The notes below the pieces were generated by a model. That model was given only the letters and a program-made list of their open reading frames with translations, was not told where the DNA came from and made no database searches. Made by a program: the position numbers and the translations under genes. From positions 604,410-668,409 of the forward strand of contig JAWQFM010000001.1 in NCBI GenBank assembly GCA_033442325.1: a DNA stretch of 64,000 bases, in the 5' to 3' direction. Below, piece after piece: positions 48,384-62,869 of the stretch. Position 1 is the stretch's first letter, and every line of letters starts with the position of its first letter. The DNA comes from Salpingoeca rosetta (Eukaryota; Protista; Choanoflagellata).

Positions 48384-49002
48384 GCACAGATACAGAGCCA
48401 GCGCCCACGCACCGCTGGTGTTTGCGACGGCGTTGACAACGAGGATGCTGCTGCTGCTGCTGCTGCTGCTGAGGGTGGTGTTGATGACGACGACGGCTGG
48501 GATCCAAGATCAGGGCTGGCCTGCACCGTGGGTGTGAGCGCACTGGTGGTCGCTGCTGCGCTCTCTTCCTCCCGCATGTGTTCGTGCTCCGCCTGCTGCC
48601 GTTTCGCTTCCGGCTCCAACCGCTGCACCTCCTCGGCAACAACTGGCAGTGGCGGTGGTGACACGGTGACCACGGTGGTTTCAGACACGAGCACAGAGAG
48701 AGAGAGAGAATGAAAACAGAAGCCGAACAGTTCGTGCAGTCGCACACACACGCGCACAAATGCATGTGCACCCCCGCGCACACTCGCACCCACCTTGTTT
48801 GAAATGGGTGAGCTGTGCTTCCACGTTGGCAGCAAGCTGCTTGATTTTGTCGTCCTTGCACGCCTTTGACATGCGCTCCTCCCACGAACGCTTCGTGATC
48901 TTCACGGGGAACAGCGCAGACAGCACGCCGGCAACAGCCTGCATGGACGGTCATGCAATGAACACACACACACACACACACAACAGGAAGGAGTTACGTG
49001 GC

Positions 49003-49052
<50 letters not shown>

Positions 49053-49592
49053 TGTGTGTTTGCCAAAACTAGGGGATAGCATATCTCCAGCAAACCTTGA
49101 GGTTGTCATGTTCCCGTGCAATTTGAGCAAGTCTGGGAATGTCAGACATGCACAGCAAAATTGTGCGGTTGTTAGCCAATGAGGTTGGTCAAGGACAGCA
49201 ATTATGTGTTTGTTGGCGGACACGGGCGATTGTTTGTGTGCATGTGTGTTTGTGTGTGTTTGTGTGTGTTCATATGTTCATGTGTGTGTGTGTGTGCATG
49301 CTCACTTGACGAGGTGATCGTTCATGCTGTGGGGGACGCGCTGTTTCCCCTCCAGCTCCTAGCAAACGAAAACAAGAAGCGCGCGTGATGAGCGATCACC
49401 AGTCTTTCCAGCAAACTGACACCAGCATTATCGCAGTTCAGACAAGCATGCAACATCCCATATACACCACAAACAAAGCACTCACTCACTCACTCACTCA
49501 CACACACTCTCACACACACACACACTCACTCACTCACTCACTCACTCACTCACACGTGCGCAAAAGCAAACAGGTAAAGCCACAAACTCACC

Positions 49593-49632
<40 letters not shown>

Positions 49633-51882
49633 CACACACACACACATGAACACCCCCACGCTGACAGCGCACCTTGCCCATGTCAAGTGTTGTGTTGAGA
49701 GCAGTTTGCAAATCCGCCGGCAGCGATGACAGCGTTACTGCTGCCTCCTCTTTCTCTGCATACATACACACACACACACATGAGCGTGAGCGCACCTCAA
49801 GGACCTTGCATTGGGCAGGGAACAACACGATCGTCCTTTCCCTCATTCCCTGTCCTCCTCCGCTCTTCTCCGCGCACTCCCCTTTCCTTCAATATTGCAT
49901 GCAAGCACAGCCCAGCGCACCTTGTGCTTCCTTTGCTGCTGCATCCCCGTTGTCCTCCGCCACTTCGTCATTCTCCGACTTCTTTTGCGTCGACGACGAT
50001 GAAGACGGCCGCTGTTTTGCTGTCGCTGTCTTTGCGCCTGCTGTTGCTGTTGTCGTGGTGCCTTCACCGCCACTGCTGCTGCTACTGCTGCTGCTGCTGC
50101 TTGCTCTGCTGCTGGTGCTGCCCTTACCTGCCTTGGCGCTGCCAGTGGACTTGCGAGCTGCCCCCTTCCCGGCCGACGATGTTGACCCCTTTGGTGTCTT
50201 CCTCGCTGTTTTCTTCTTCACAGTTGTCGAGGGCGGGGTTGTCATTGCGGTTGTTGTTGTCGTGGTTCCATTGTCACCACCACCTGTCGTCTCGGCTGCT
50301 TTGCCGGCAGTGTTCTTCAGCAGTGAGTGGATGTTTTCTCCGGCCGCTATCGCCTCAGACTTGACCGCCACTTCCTTGTCCTCTGCTGCTGCTGCTGCTG
50401 TCTTCTTTGTCTTCTTTGCCTTCTTCTTCACTGGCGATGGAAACGCGCTGCTGCTTGCACTCGACGCTCCACTCCCATCGGCGCTGGCCGCTGTTGCTGC
50501 TGCCGATGCCTTCGCTGCAGTTTTCTTCTTCTTCTTCTTCTTCATTGGCTGCGTCGTATCTCCTGCTGCCGCATCACTTGCACGCCTCTTCGCCGTCTTC
50601 CCTGCCGCTGGTGTCACTTTCTTCTTCTTCTTCTTGACCTCGCCCTTGTCCTGTAGCGTCTTTGCCTTTGCTTTCTTCTTCTTCGCGGGCGCGCTTGGTG
50701 CCGGCTTGTCACCGCCAGCACCGCCATTTGCGGATGCACGCTTCTTGGCTGCTGCTGCTGTCGCCGTCTTCTTTGGTGGTGTCGCTTTGGTGTCAGCTGC
50801 TGTCGTTGTGGCGGTAACTTTCTTCTTCTTCTTCTTCTTTGCCGCCGTTGCATTCGGTGTTGCCGAGTCTGCTTCGCCTGCAGTTCGCTTCGCGCCCTTC
50901 TTGCTTGCTGGTGTCCCCGCCTTTCCTCCTTTCTTGCCCCCAGCTGCCGTTGCTGTGGCCCCTTGCTGCTGCTTGCTGGCCTTCTTCTTCTTCTTCGCAG
51001 CCGGTGTGGTTGCGGTGGAGGCCTGCGTCGTCGCCGTGGGGTTCTTCTTCTTCTTCTTCTTCTTCGTCGCGACCTTCTTCGTTGCGTTAGCACTTCCCGC
51101 TGGTGTTCGCTGCGCGCCGGGCCCGAGCAACACAGCACCGCCATCGTCGCTGTCGGCGCCATCTTGGACTGTTGGATTCACCGTCCCCTGAACAAGTTGA
51201 AACCAAACAACACAAAGGAAACGGTGATGGGCTGACGTGCATGCATACAAGAAACTCAGGTGCTGTATTGATTGCCAGACGCAGGACTGCCACATGACAC
51301 CGCCGGGCGCACCTTGCAGACGTAGAAGGTGCCAAACGTTGTGGTGAATGACTGCCCGTGCCATCCCTGGGCACTGCCGTCGTCGATAAAGTCGTCGTCA
51401 ACATCGTACTCGTCCTGGCGATGATGTAAGACAACAGGCTGTAGCATCAGCTTGCATGCGTGCGTGTGTGTGTGTGTACATGCGCTTGTGTGTGTGTGCG
51501 TGAGTGTGTGTGTGTGTGTATGTGTGTGTGTGTGCGTGTGTGTGCATGTTTGCTGACCTCGTTGGGTTTGCGTGAGCGTGAGGATGTCGAGGCTGCGCTC
51601 GGAGTACACTGCACAATGCGCATTGAACACCACACCCATCACCACAGCGTGTGAGTAGGCAAGGATCCATACCACAGCAGTACCGCCCAGAGAATGTGCT
51701 AGAACGCTACGCGCACACAACAAGTGTCTTCCAACAGGTGATATGCATGCATGCATGAACCATGGGTTGTTGTACCCAGCGCTGAGCAAGGCCGGCAAGA
51801 TCGAAACGGGAAGTGGTTAGGGCACCATCGCTGTCATCCATGAGCCCCGCCAAGTCCTTGACGTGCAATGGACACGGTAATT

Positions 51883-51960
<78 letters not shown>

Positions 51961-52331
51961 CGTGCGTGCGTGTGTGTGTATGAGGTGTGGTGGACAGGAA
52001 GGGGTACGAGGCAGATGAATGTGCGGTGTGAGGTGTTACATACTGTGTGTAGTAGGTGTGAAGGCTGAAGACGCACATGTTCATGCAGTAACAACACACC
52101 CCCCCACACATGCGCGTGCATGTCACACATACACACACGCGCGCGCGCGCTCGCACAAAGCACCTCAGAGGGGTCGCCTGGGCCAGCAGCAACAGAAGGT
52201 GTGTCTGAGCCATTGCCATGACTGGTGTTGGCAAAGAGCTCCTTGTATGAGAAGTGGTTCTTCCGGAAATCCGAGTTGTCGAGCGTCACCTCAACAAAGG
52301 AAGTGGGTGCGCGCTGCGAGGACGGCTTCAT
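47360..52331 (-). CDS. UBN1: Ubinuclein/Hpc2-like HIRA complex subunit
   Basis: N-terminal FSYKEL, HUN/HRD domain [12 protein letters not shown]...[10 protein letters not shown]|G, long Lys-rich region, middle-domain motifs KFDW and [11 protein letters not shown]. Confidence 0.82.
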
Positions 52332-52519
52332 CCTGGCACGGCCGTCACAGCAGCAGGGGCTTGAGGCAGAGGCGGCAATGTGCGTCTCTCAGTGCGGTTG
52401 CAGCTTTTTGTAGCTGCTGTTGGTGGCGCCTTCTTGAGGTTGCGGACAATTCGCTGTCACGTTCACAGAAATCAATGCCAGTGGAAGAGCTTCAAGGACC
52501 CTTCAAGGACAAGTCAAAG

Positions 52520-52625
52520 ATGGCGCACAAGTTAGTGAGGCCGGTGGTGCATCTGTTCACCAAGCGCGACTGCCACCTGTGCGATGTTGTCAAGGCTGTC
52601 ATGGCATCCTCCACCATCCCAGTAC

Positions 52626-52657
<32 letters not shown>

Positions 52658-52751
52658 CTGTGAATGTGTCTGTGAATGTGTCTGTGAATGTGTCTGTGTG
52701 TGTGTCTGTGTGTGTCTGTGTCTGTGCATCTGTGTGTGTGTGTCTATCTGT

Positions 52752-52789
<38 letters not shown>

Positions 52790-53334
52790 GTGTGTGCGTG
52801 TGTGTGTGTGAATTACATGCTGTCTTCAATCTCCCCATCTTCCCCCCCCCCCAAAAAAAAACCTCTCCGCGTCTGCAATTGCCATGGCTGTAGTGTACGT
52901 TGGCTCAAAACGCAGCGTCCACAACCACGGAATTCACACGAACATCAGCATGAGGTGGTGATGGTGAACATCACTTTGCCAGGGAGAAGAGCGTGGTTCG
53001 ACAAGTACAAGTATGATATCCCGGTCCTGTACATCAACGGCCAGTACATGGCAAAGCACCGCATCACAAAGGTGGAATATGTTGACGTACACGCACGTGT
53101 AAATTGCCAAGGCTTGCTTGCGAAGTTTTGTGACCGGTTCGTGTTGTATGAAGCTCTTTGTGCGTCTGCTCATGTTTGAACTTTTCACGATTACCGGCTT
53201 CCGCGTAGGAGTCATTCGAGGAGACGGCACGCCGCATCATGGCTGGTGAGAAGATACCGCAGGCAATACTGGCCGAGGACCCGAACCCGGACCTCCCAAT
53301 CGGTCCTCTTCCAGACACGAGCGATCCCCTCTAG
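52520..53334 (+). CDS. Glutaredoxin-like protein (C5orf63/YDR286C, DUF836 family)
   Basis: [11 protein letters not shown] (CxxC), [32 protein letters not shown]. Three exons. Confidence 0.88.
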
Positions 53335-53377
53335 CTAGCCAGCTAACTGATTCGTGTGTGTGTGTGTGTGTGTGTGT

Positions 53378-53414
<37 letters not shown>

Positions 53415-53744
53415 TGTGTCTGTGTCTGTGTCTGTGTCTGTGTCTGTGTCTGTGTCTGCGTCTGCGTGTGTGCTTGACTGATTGCTTGTCTGACTCCCCC
53501 CCCCCATTCTCCCTCGCTTCTCCCTCGGTGTGTTTCTGATCATCATTGTCACGGTGAACATGAGCACATTTACTTCACAGATCCACGGAAGGTGTAACCA
53601 AGCGTGGCTAAACAGATAAACTAAACCCCTAACCCCCAGCCCTAATACTCACTGGCCTGGAAACAGCACGACACATGCCATACACGTATGTATGCACGCA
53701 TATGCACATAGATACACACACACATGTCTGCGCGCACACGGAAA

Positions 53745-55452
53745 TCATTGCTTGGTTTCGCTGACAGCGCGTAGGGCAAAGGCAATCTCCGCGGCCTCAA
53801 GCTCTGGCGTGCTGGCCTCGTGTCCGCCTTCGCGCTCGACCCACAAGACGACATCGGCGTTGCTCCTACTCTGCTGGCGCACTTTGGCCGCATACTTCAG
53901 TGGCTGCAACAGTCAGGCAATGGCCATCAACATGACACATGAGCACAGGGCTGTCGTGTGGAGGTGGTGCAGATTGAGAGGGGGGCAAACACTCACTCAC
54001 GTTCAACAAGCAAACGGGCACAACAAAGATGGTTACATTACACACACTCAGACACACGCACGCATCCACACATGAACAACACATGTGCATGCAAACACAT
54101 GTACATACATGCATGCTCACAGACCTGCCAATATTTGACGCGATCATCATCAAGGACTGCTGTCAGAAACATGGGCGGATATGGCTGCTGCTTGACGTTC
54201 TGATACGGACACAGGCGCTGAAGACGCAAGAATGCATCTGTCCCACGTGCACATAAAGTACAAGTGAGGGTGGCATGCTTTGGTCATGCAACCTCAATGC
54301 ATGTCCACGAAGCACGGCAAAGGGAGAATGCGTACAGCAAATGCTCACTCACACGCATACACACACACACACAAAAGCAGTCACTCTCTCCCTCACACAC
54401 GCAATCACTCACTCACACTCACATACACACTCTCACTTACTCACACTCACACACACACACGCACACACTCACTCACTCACACACACTCTCACACACACAC
54501 ACACACTCACTCACTCACAACGCAATACGGCAGACAGCTTTCGAGCACGTGCACCGACCTGGATCAGCCACCGGATCGCCCCACTCGTCCGCCTCGTGCG
54601 TCGTGAGCGGAAGCGACGCATCACACATTGTCGTCAACACATCGACAAATGGCACCTACAAGCCAGCGCACGCATTCACCCACACAAGTACATGTGGGAG
54701 GTCAGCATCGCAGTTGTTCCTGTGAAACAAAACAAACGCGCGCACATACCAAGCACACATTAAAAAAAAAAAAGACACACGCACACCGTGAAGGTGCATC
54801 ACACTGCGTATTGAGATCGCACCCGGAGAATGAGGCCAGCAAACAACGACGGCTCCCAGTTACACGCAGCCGCAACAGTGAAGCCGCCTGCAGTTCAAGG
54901 CACAGCAAACAGCAAACAACAACACCAACAACAACACCAACAACAACACCAACAACAACAACAACAACAACACCAACAACAACACCAACAACAACAACAA
55001 CAACAACACAACACCACACAACACCAACGACAACAACAACTACAGGCCAACACGACAACAACAACGACAAGGAGAAGAACAACAACGACACGCGTGAGTA
55101 ATACGACAACGGAGGGAAAAAACCCCAGGCAGCACGCCCTGCATGCCCGTTATTGTCTCTCACCCAGATGATTTGACCCCCCCAATCGGTAATAGTCCCT
55201 CGCTCAGGCCTAGATGGGGGGTGCCGGACCCANNNNNNNNNNNNNNNNNNNNNNNNNNNNNNNNNNNNNNNNNNNNNNNNNNNNNNNNNNNNNNNNNNNN
55301 NNNNNNNNNNNNNNNNNNNNNNNNNNNNNNNNAATTCACATGGCCCCACTCCAATACGGAGGGGAAACGGCTGTAGAATGGCCGTCCAAGAGAGAGGAAT
55401 TCCCTATATGGAACCCCAAGCAATCTGAAGAAAAGATAAGCATTCTTTCTCT

Positions 55453-55547
<95 letters not shown>

Positions 55548-58500
55548 CCACCGCGGACGTGACAAAAGGCGACGCTCCAGCCACGGGCGAGCAGTGGCAC
55601 CAGCCGCTGGGAATAATCTGCAAATGGCCACCAGAGTCAGTCAGTCAATAACGAAACGGCAACCAATCGTAGCATGTTAACCACCAACATTACCCACATG
55701 TGTGTGTGTAATTCATTCGTGAATGTTAGCACACCTGTGTGGACTTTTTCACCATATGCGCCGTACGCAATTGCCAGCAGCGGCCGGGATCCGTCTTCGT
55801 GGCAGTTTTTGCCGCGAACTGATGATGCAAGCATCATGAAAGATGGTGGGTTTGCAAACAGAATGAGGGTTGAGATTGGTTGAGCTGGCACAGGCATTCG
55901 CAAGTGCACACACTCTCACTCACTCACTCACTCACTCACTCACTCACTCACTCACTCACTCACTCACTCACTCACTCACTCACTCACTCACTCACTCACT
56001 CACTCACTCACTCACTCTCCCACACACATTAGTCGTCTCACAGCGGGTCCTCACCAACGGTCATTGGGATGAAGACGTTGGCGTCTTCGCGGCTGGGCGC
56101 CCACAGCCGCTCGCACACAAACTGCACACGCACACACAAAAATGTGCATCAATGCACCAGTCGCACACACACACACACGTGCAGAAACGAACAGACACCT
56201 TGCCGTACAAACACGTACACATGCACATGCACACGCAATCTGCACAGGCAGTGCCGTACAAGGGACGGGTCGAACGCAGTCGTGGCATCAAGCTGTTCCC
56301 TGTACTCCTCCCATAGCCGGCGGCTCTGTGCACGAACAAGCGCAGTCATGAATCAGCAACCAATCAAGCCAACGCGCGTGTGATGTGGGTTGTCGCAAGG
56401 AAGTGAACTGTCACCATTGTCACTGCAACATCGGTGTGTTGACTTACAGCGAGGTCGTACGTGTACTCGATTCGCGGCTGCAGCGGCGTGCTCACGGAAA
56501 ACCGCACACGCGTATCGTCAAAGTTGGGGTTGGCGAGAGACGTAATGACACCCACGCGCTCGTCCTGCAATGCGATGTGAACGCCGCAATCATCAATGCG
56601 TGAGACGGAGTGCGTTTTCGGCACGACAGGCAGGCAAGGCAAGGATGCAGCGTGGGAGAGCAGATCACACGACTCTGTTCTGGTGCAAACTACGCAGTGC
56701 ACACAACACCACGCACATATGCACACGCGCGCACGCATAGGCAGAGCACCACCACGTCTTGACCTCTGGTAGCTGAATGTCATGTGTCGTGTTGGTGTCC
56801 AGTGCCAGCACTCTGATGAAAGGATCACCCTACTTGCCGAGCGAGACAGCCCCACACATGTGCACACGCATCAGTACATGTGTGTGTGTGAGTCGTGAGG
56901 TTGACAACACACCAATGTTTGTGGAGACTGCAAGTCAGCGTTGGGGCAGCAAGTGTGTCAGTTGAGAGACGGGCGCACCTGCTTTGACCGCTGGAAGAGA
57001 ATGAGGTGGTTGTGGAACATCTCGCCATCCTCAATGATGACCTCATCGCTTTCGTGCATGTCATGAAGTAGAGTGGGATGTGGACGTGATCCGTTAATGT
57101 GAATGCTTCAAATATCAATGAAGCAGAAAACGCGGGCGCTTGATGCACAAAAGTGTACACGCGCATACATGCGCATACACGCGCAAATACACATACATAC
57201 ATACACACACGCACATACACACACGCACATACACACACACACATACACACACGCAAATACACACGCGCAAATACACACACGCAAATACACACACTCTCAC
57301 GAGAGCACACACTAACCTTGATGGAAGCACGTCAATCCAGTTTGGTTTCGTTGGGTTGTTGGCCGGCGCGCGGCACACCTTGTAGTTGTCTGCACCGTCA
57401 GCGTCCGTCACAACGTAGAAGCTGTCACCAGCATGCTGCCTCATATGGGCACACGTGAGAGTGTTGTGGGTCCAAAAGCAGCGTGAGCGAACCAGCATGC
57501 GAGGAAAGAGGCGCGGGCTGATGCGCTTCATACCGCGTGTGCAACATCTCATCCCACCTCGACAAAGTAGTGGCAGTCGCCACGTGGGCAGAGGACGACA
57601 GCGCCATCAGTGAGCGCCTTGTCCGTGCGCAGTGCAGCCACCTCCGATGTGGTCTTGCTGTTGGCATTCAGTGTCAAGTACTTGCCATCCTAAACGAGTT
57701 GCAAAGGCAAAAGTAACAGAAGCAGCAGCAAACACACACTGAGATGGGCAATGCACCGAAATGTCAACACACACTCACATGCTCACTCACCCACTCACTC
57801 ACACACTCACACACACACACACTCACATGCTCACTCACTCACTCACTCACTCACACACTCACGCACACACTCACACACACTCACTCACTCACGCCCTCAC
57901 GCACACGCTCACTCACTCGCTCACACACTCACACACATACACACTCACTCACTCACACACACACTCACACACACGCACAAATACACATCTCTACGGCACC
58001 TTGGTCATGGAGATGTCCAGAAAGAAGCGGGGATCGGGGTCGTGCTGGAGAAGTGACGGCTGCGCACTCGCGTCCGTCAGATCTAAGCGATACAGCGAAC
58101 TTGGGCGGCTAGAGCGACGTGCACGAACGAACCACAGGCACAAACGTGAGAGTGAGAGAGAGTGTGTGTGTGTGTGTGCCACACGCTGGTGAGCTCAACT
58201 TCATGATACCTCGGCCACCGTTCACACCAACACATGCAGGTAGCTTCACCCAACACGTACATGCGGCTTCGTCAATACGCATACACACACGTACACACAC
58301 GCACACACACACACACGCACACACACACACACGCACGCACACACACACACATGAATTCACGTACACACATGCGTCCTACTTGAGATTGTCTGCGATGGTG
58401 TACAGGATGCAGTCGTTGCCGCCCTCAAATCCAAACTCCATGTTCACTGCACCATCGACACGCACCACAATGTCCATTGCGTCGCCCGCTCGCACATGCT

Positions 58501-59403
58501 TACGAGCATTGCCGCTGCTGCTGGTGCTGGTGTTGGTGGTGTTGGTGTTGTTGGTGGTACACGGCAGGGCAAACACGACCAGCGACGTCGCATTGGCGGC
58601 GTCAGGGTGTGCCACCACGCACGCGGCCAGCTTGTTGGATGGTGATATCTTCAACGAACTGCAGCAGTGAGGTGATGCCAGCACATGCGTGAACGAGATT
58701 GAACACACACACACGCACATTACATGCACACACACACACACACGGCTGCACAAGGGCAATGACTTTGTTGCCAGAGTCACGAACACTACACCTGATTGCG
58801 ATGCTGTCTGCGCCAAGCACTTGCGCCAGCGTGCCGTGGTGCAGTACGACTTCCTGGGGTCCAAGTCCGTTCTCGGTGACACGCCGCCGCACCTCCACCT
58901 TGGGGCATGTGACATGCATGTGTGAGCGAATGTAGGTTCGAGGTTCGAGGCGACGAGGGGGGCGGGGTGACAGAGGATGGTGTTGTGCAGAGCAAGGAAA
59001 GCCACACAGCGTTGAACGCACCAGTGAGCCGTCCGCATCAACGACAGTGTCATAGGCGTAGCCATTCAAGCGTGTCGTGGGAGCAGCATCATCGGCGGGA
59101 GCATCCGCGTCAGGATCTTGGTGCCTGGGTGTTTGTGTGAGGGGACCAGGGCGAGCATGATGGCACGAATGTGAGGCAGGGCGCATGAGCAGACAGCCGG
59201 AAAGAAAGACGAGTGGAAATGGGTGATGATGGGTGGAGGATGAATGGGACTCACGCCTGTGGGTACAGCTCTCGCAGCAGCTGGTCCAAGAGCCTTCCAG
59301 CTGGCTTCAGCAACACCTTCTTCGCGTACCTGGACATGTGCGCATTGAGAGAATGCATATCACACAGGAGATGAAGGAAGCGGACAGGACGTGCACATTA
59401 GAT

Positions 59404-59455
<52 letters not shown>

Positions 59456-59459
59456 GCAC

Positions 59460-59535
<76 letters not shown>

Positions 59536-59864
59536 CAACGAGCAGTGCACCGTTCTTCGCGGCGGAGCTGCGCTTGTACATCGGCGTTGGCGAGGTCGCT
59601 GAGCCAGTGGTATTCATCGGTCCATGACTTGGTGCCACAGGTCATCGTGTATCCGAGCATCCGCTCTGCGCGCGGTGGCCCACCGCGAACAGAGGACACC
59701 ACCTGATCCCACAGGCGCATCTGTCGCCGTGGCCCACGCTGCGTGTACTGGCAGGCCCTGCCACCGCCCAGACACCTCCGCGCACACCACCACCACCACC
59801 ACCATGACGACTGCCACTGGCGGTTCACAATCGTCCGTGTTGTCATCCTCATCATCATCATCAT
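53745..59864 (-). CDS. S9A prolyl oligopeptidase family protein (oligopeptidase B / PREPL-like)
   Basis: [25 protein letters not shown]|[44 protein letters not shown], catalytic DDDRV and EGGH. The catalytic Ser exon lies beside the assembly gap. Start codon uncertain. Confidence 0.9.
55233..55332. other. Assembly gap (100 N) with low-quality flanks
   Basis: Run of Ns. Flanking sequence is homopolymer-rich and breaks the peptidase frame. Confidence 0.98.
55915..56015. repeat. (TCAC)n intronic microsatellite
   Basis: Directly visible tetranucleotide run. Confidence 0.95.
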
Positions 59865-60081
59865 TGCGTTTTGGTTTTTGGATGGAAGGACCACCACAAA
59901 TGACAAGCAAGCAAGCTGCTGTGCAACCCGTGCGAACATGACATGTTCCTCAAGGCAGCAAGCACTGGCGCACATTGGCTCAAGAGAAAGAAAGGGCTGT
60001 GGTGTGTAACACAAGCAAAGGATGGCAGCTGGATGCATGTCTGAGCAAGCATCTGGGATTGCGTGGTTGTGGGCGGTGGTG

Positions 60082-60502
60082 TCAGGATTGGAGGAGAAGC
60101 GCTCGAATAGCTGGGGAGATGGTTGACTGTGCCAGCCATTCGTAGCCAGGCGGGCAGTGCGGGCACCAGCACCCTGGTCGCGTGGATAGCATGATGGCGG
60201 GGGGAACAGTGTGTGAGAATGGCAGTGGCAGCGGCAGTCTGGTCATCAGTGTGGTACAGCGACATGAGTGAAAGTAGAACGGCGAGCAAGCTGGTGTGTT
60301 GTGGTGTTGATGGAAGTTGCACGTGCACACCTTGTTGCCCAAAGCATTCTGACTGCGGCACAGGCCCGCACTTGTTGACAATCTGCAGGCAGAGCGAAGA
60401 ATGGAAGGAATGGCTGCCGTGAGGGTTTCAGCTGTTGTGGCAGCAGGCAGCAGGTCGCAGAGGTACACACGTCTCGACATGCAAAAGGCACATGGTACAA
60501 AT

Positions 60503-60567
<65 letters not shown>

Positions 60568-61124
60568 ACACACACACACGTGCACACACACACGTGCACA
60601 CACACACACACACACACACAAGTGCACACACGCACACACAAGTGCACACACACACACATACAGCAGGGCCATGGGCACTGACTGCGGAATGGAGGTTGAC
60701 TGTGGGGATGCTGTGGGAGCGCATGAGTGCGATGGCTTGCTTGTTCAAGCGCAACACAATGTCATCCTGCTCAACACTACACAGCTCAGGAGAGGTGATG
60801 GCAAACAGCAGCGTGGCGTTGGTCTGCAGCAGCCGCTGCGTAATGGCAGTCAATGGCCCAATATAGTCTTCTTGGCGCCCGCTCTGCCCAGGCACGGGCG
60901 TGGCGTTGTTGGCCACCTGGTTGTGCAATCCTGCGGAATACACACCCATAAGGGAGCACAGCACACATGCGCGGTTGTGGTCATCATTGAGATCACGGAA
61001 TTGCTTGCTTGCTTACTCGCATGCATGGAATGAATGGCCATCAGGTGAAGATGAGCGAAGGAAGGGGCATAGAAGCGGCAGAATGTTCGAAAGCATCATT
61101 GGACAAGAGAGACATGCACAAAGT

Positions 61125-61199
<75 letters not shown>

Positions 61200-62234
61200 C
61201 ACACACACGCACGCACGCACCCCAATTAAACATGATGAAATCCGGGTGGATCGGGTGGCCGGAGGAGGACGTGAGAAAATACTCCAGGCACTGCAGTCCA
61301 TACGCAGTCTCGCACGCCCCTACAGAAACGCCAACAATGCGATAATGTAATGAGGGGGAAAGCAGCGATAGGAGTGTCATCGAATTGCGGTGCGCTGGTG
61401 TGGCCACTGTTTTGTAGAGGTGTCTACTGCCTTCCTAAGTTGTCAGCAGTCATCGCGGTACAAGTCACAGGACACACACACACACGCACACATATACACA
61501 TACACACATGGACGAACCACCATCGCCGCTGTTGGGGCTGTGCTGCACATCGCAGATGTCAGCAAGCTGCTCCGCCACATAGGGCGTGTAGCTGCAGGAC
61601 GTGGGTGGGGCAAAGCAGCGGTCGGTGAGGGCAGCGTTTTTGAAATGTCACCGACGCGCGTGTTGCATGAACCATGGGAGTACATCCAAACGACTGTCAG
61701 GAACCCACCACCACGCACATTTGCACAGCACAATACACACAACAAACCTGCACAACACGCACTGGACAGTACCCGATGGAAACGCTGTCGCCGATGATGA
61801 GACACTTCTTCTTGGTCTGGTTGAAGGGTCGCGAGATGCCGATCTTGCACACCTGTTTCCCCGTGACTGCTCCATCTTGACGGGTGGCGGCTGCACCGCC
61901 GCCTGGCACCTGCTTTGGAACGCAAGATGTGATCACATCCCAGCTGGTTCCAGAGTCCCGGCATTCGGTTCCCTCTGGACAGCAAGTGTAGCCATTGGAG
62001 CAGCACACGGCGTTGGGCATGGTGCAGCAGCCATACCTGTGTGGGTTTCAAGAGGGGGAGGGGTGGTACGCGCACACCAGTGGAAGTGAGAATCGGTATG
62101 CTACACAGCGTGTGAACGAACATCAAAGCAAGTACCTCGACAGTCAATGCAGACATGCGCAAGCATAGTGATGAAGCATGTGGCGTGTGTGTGTGAGTGT
62201 GAAAGTGTATGTGTGTGTATGTGAAAGTGGGTGA

Positions 62235-62269
<35 letters not shown>

Positions 62270-62280
62270 CGTGCGTGTGT

Positions 62281-62312
<32 letters not shown>

Positions 62313-62759
62313 ACATACAGTGCATAGCACGCCCATGCGTGTGCATGGTGATGCAGGGCATGCTGCTCACCCGTTGGGACTCCACTTGTAGGGGCAGCAT
62401 GTCGAGTTGTCGTTGCAGAACGTCGCGTTGTACATGGACGTTCCTTGAGTGGAGTGAAGGAGCAATACAGTGGAGCGTGACATACAAATGAATGTGCGCA
62501 TGGCTGCAGCGAGGTTTGATCCGTGTCACATTGACGTTCAAGGGAACACCCCCACCAACACAAAGACAGACAACAAACACGACTCACCAGTGCAGAATCC
62601 GGTCAGCGAGACAGCATCGCGAGATGAAGCCTCCACATCCACCACGCCAGCTGCTTCTGTGGAAGGTAGCAACACCACAGCTTGGGCTGCCAATGCACAC
62701 GCGACCACAAGCGCTGCCGCCGCTGCCGCTGCAGCAGAACGCCGATCCCAGCACTTCAT
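60082..62759 (-). CDS. Secreted granulin-domain + SGNH/GDSL-like hydrolase
   Basis: Signal peptide [16 protein letters not shown], granulin CNDNSTCC...[29 protein letters not shown] block [12 protein letters not shown], block III IMFNW|GLHN, C-terminal CWCPHC. Confidence 0.82.
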
Positions 62760-62869
62760 CGTCATCCTCACCGTGTTTGGATTGCCGAATTATTGTGAAT
62801 GTTTCCAACCATTTCTCCACAACCACCACCATCTCCAAACCCCCATCCCATCGAACGACAACAGCGGAG

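Noticed and set aside
49674-51191. 505-aa hydrophobic plus-strand ORF resembling a membrane protein
   Set aside because: Reverse complement of the Lys-rich ubinuclein exon (AAG read as CTT/TTC).
53620-53646. Telomere-like CCCTAA words
   Set aside because: Only two or three degenerate units between convergent genes.
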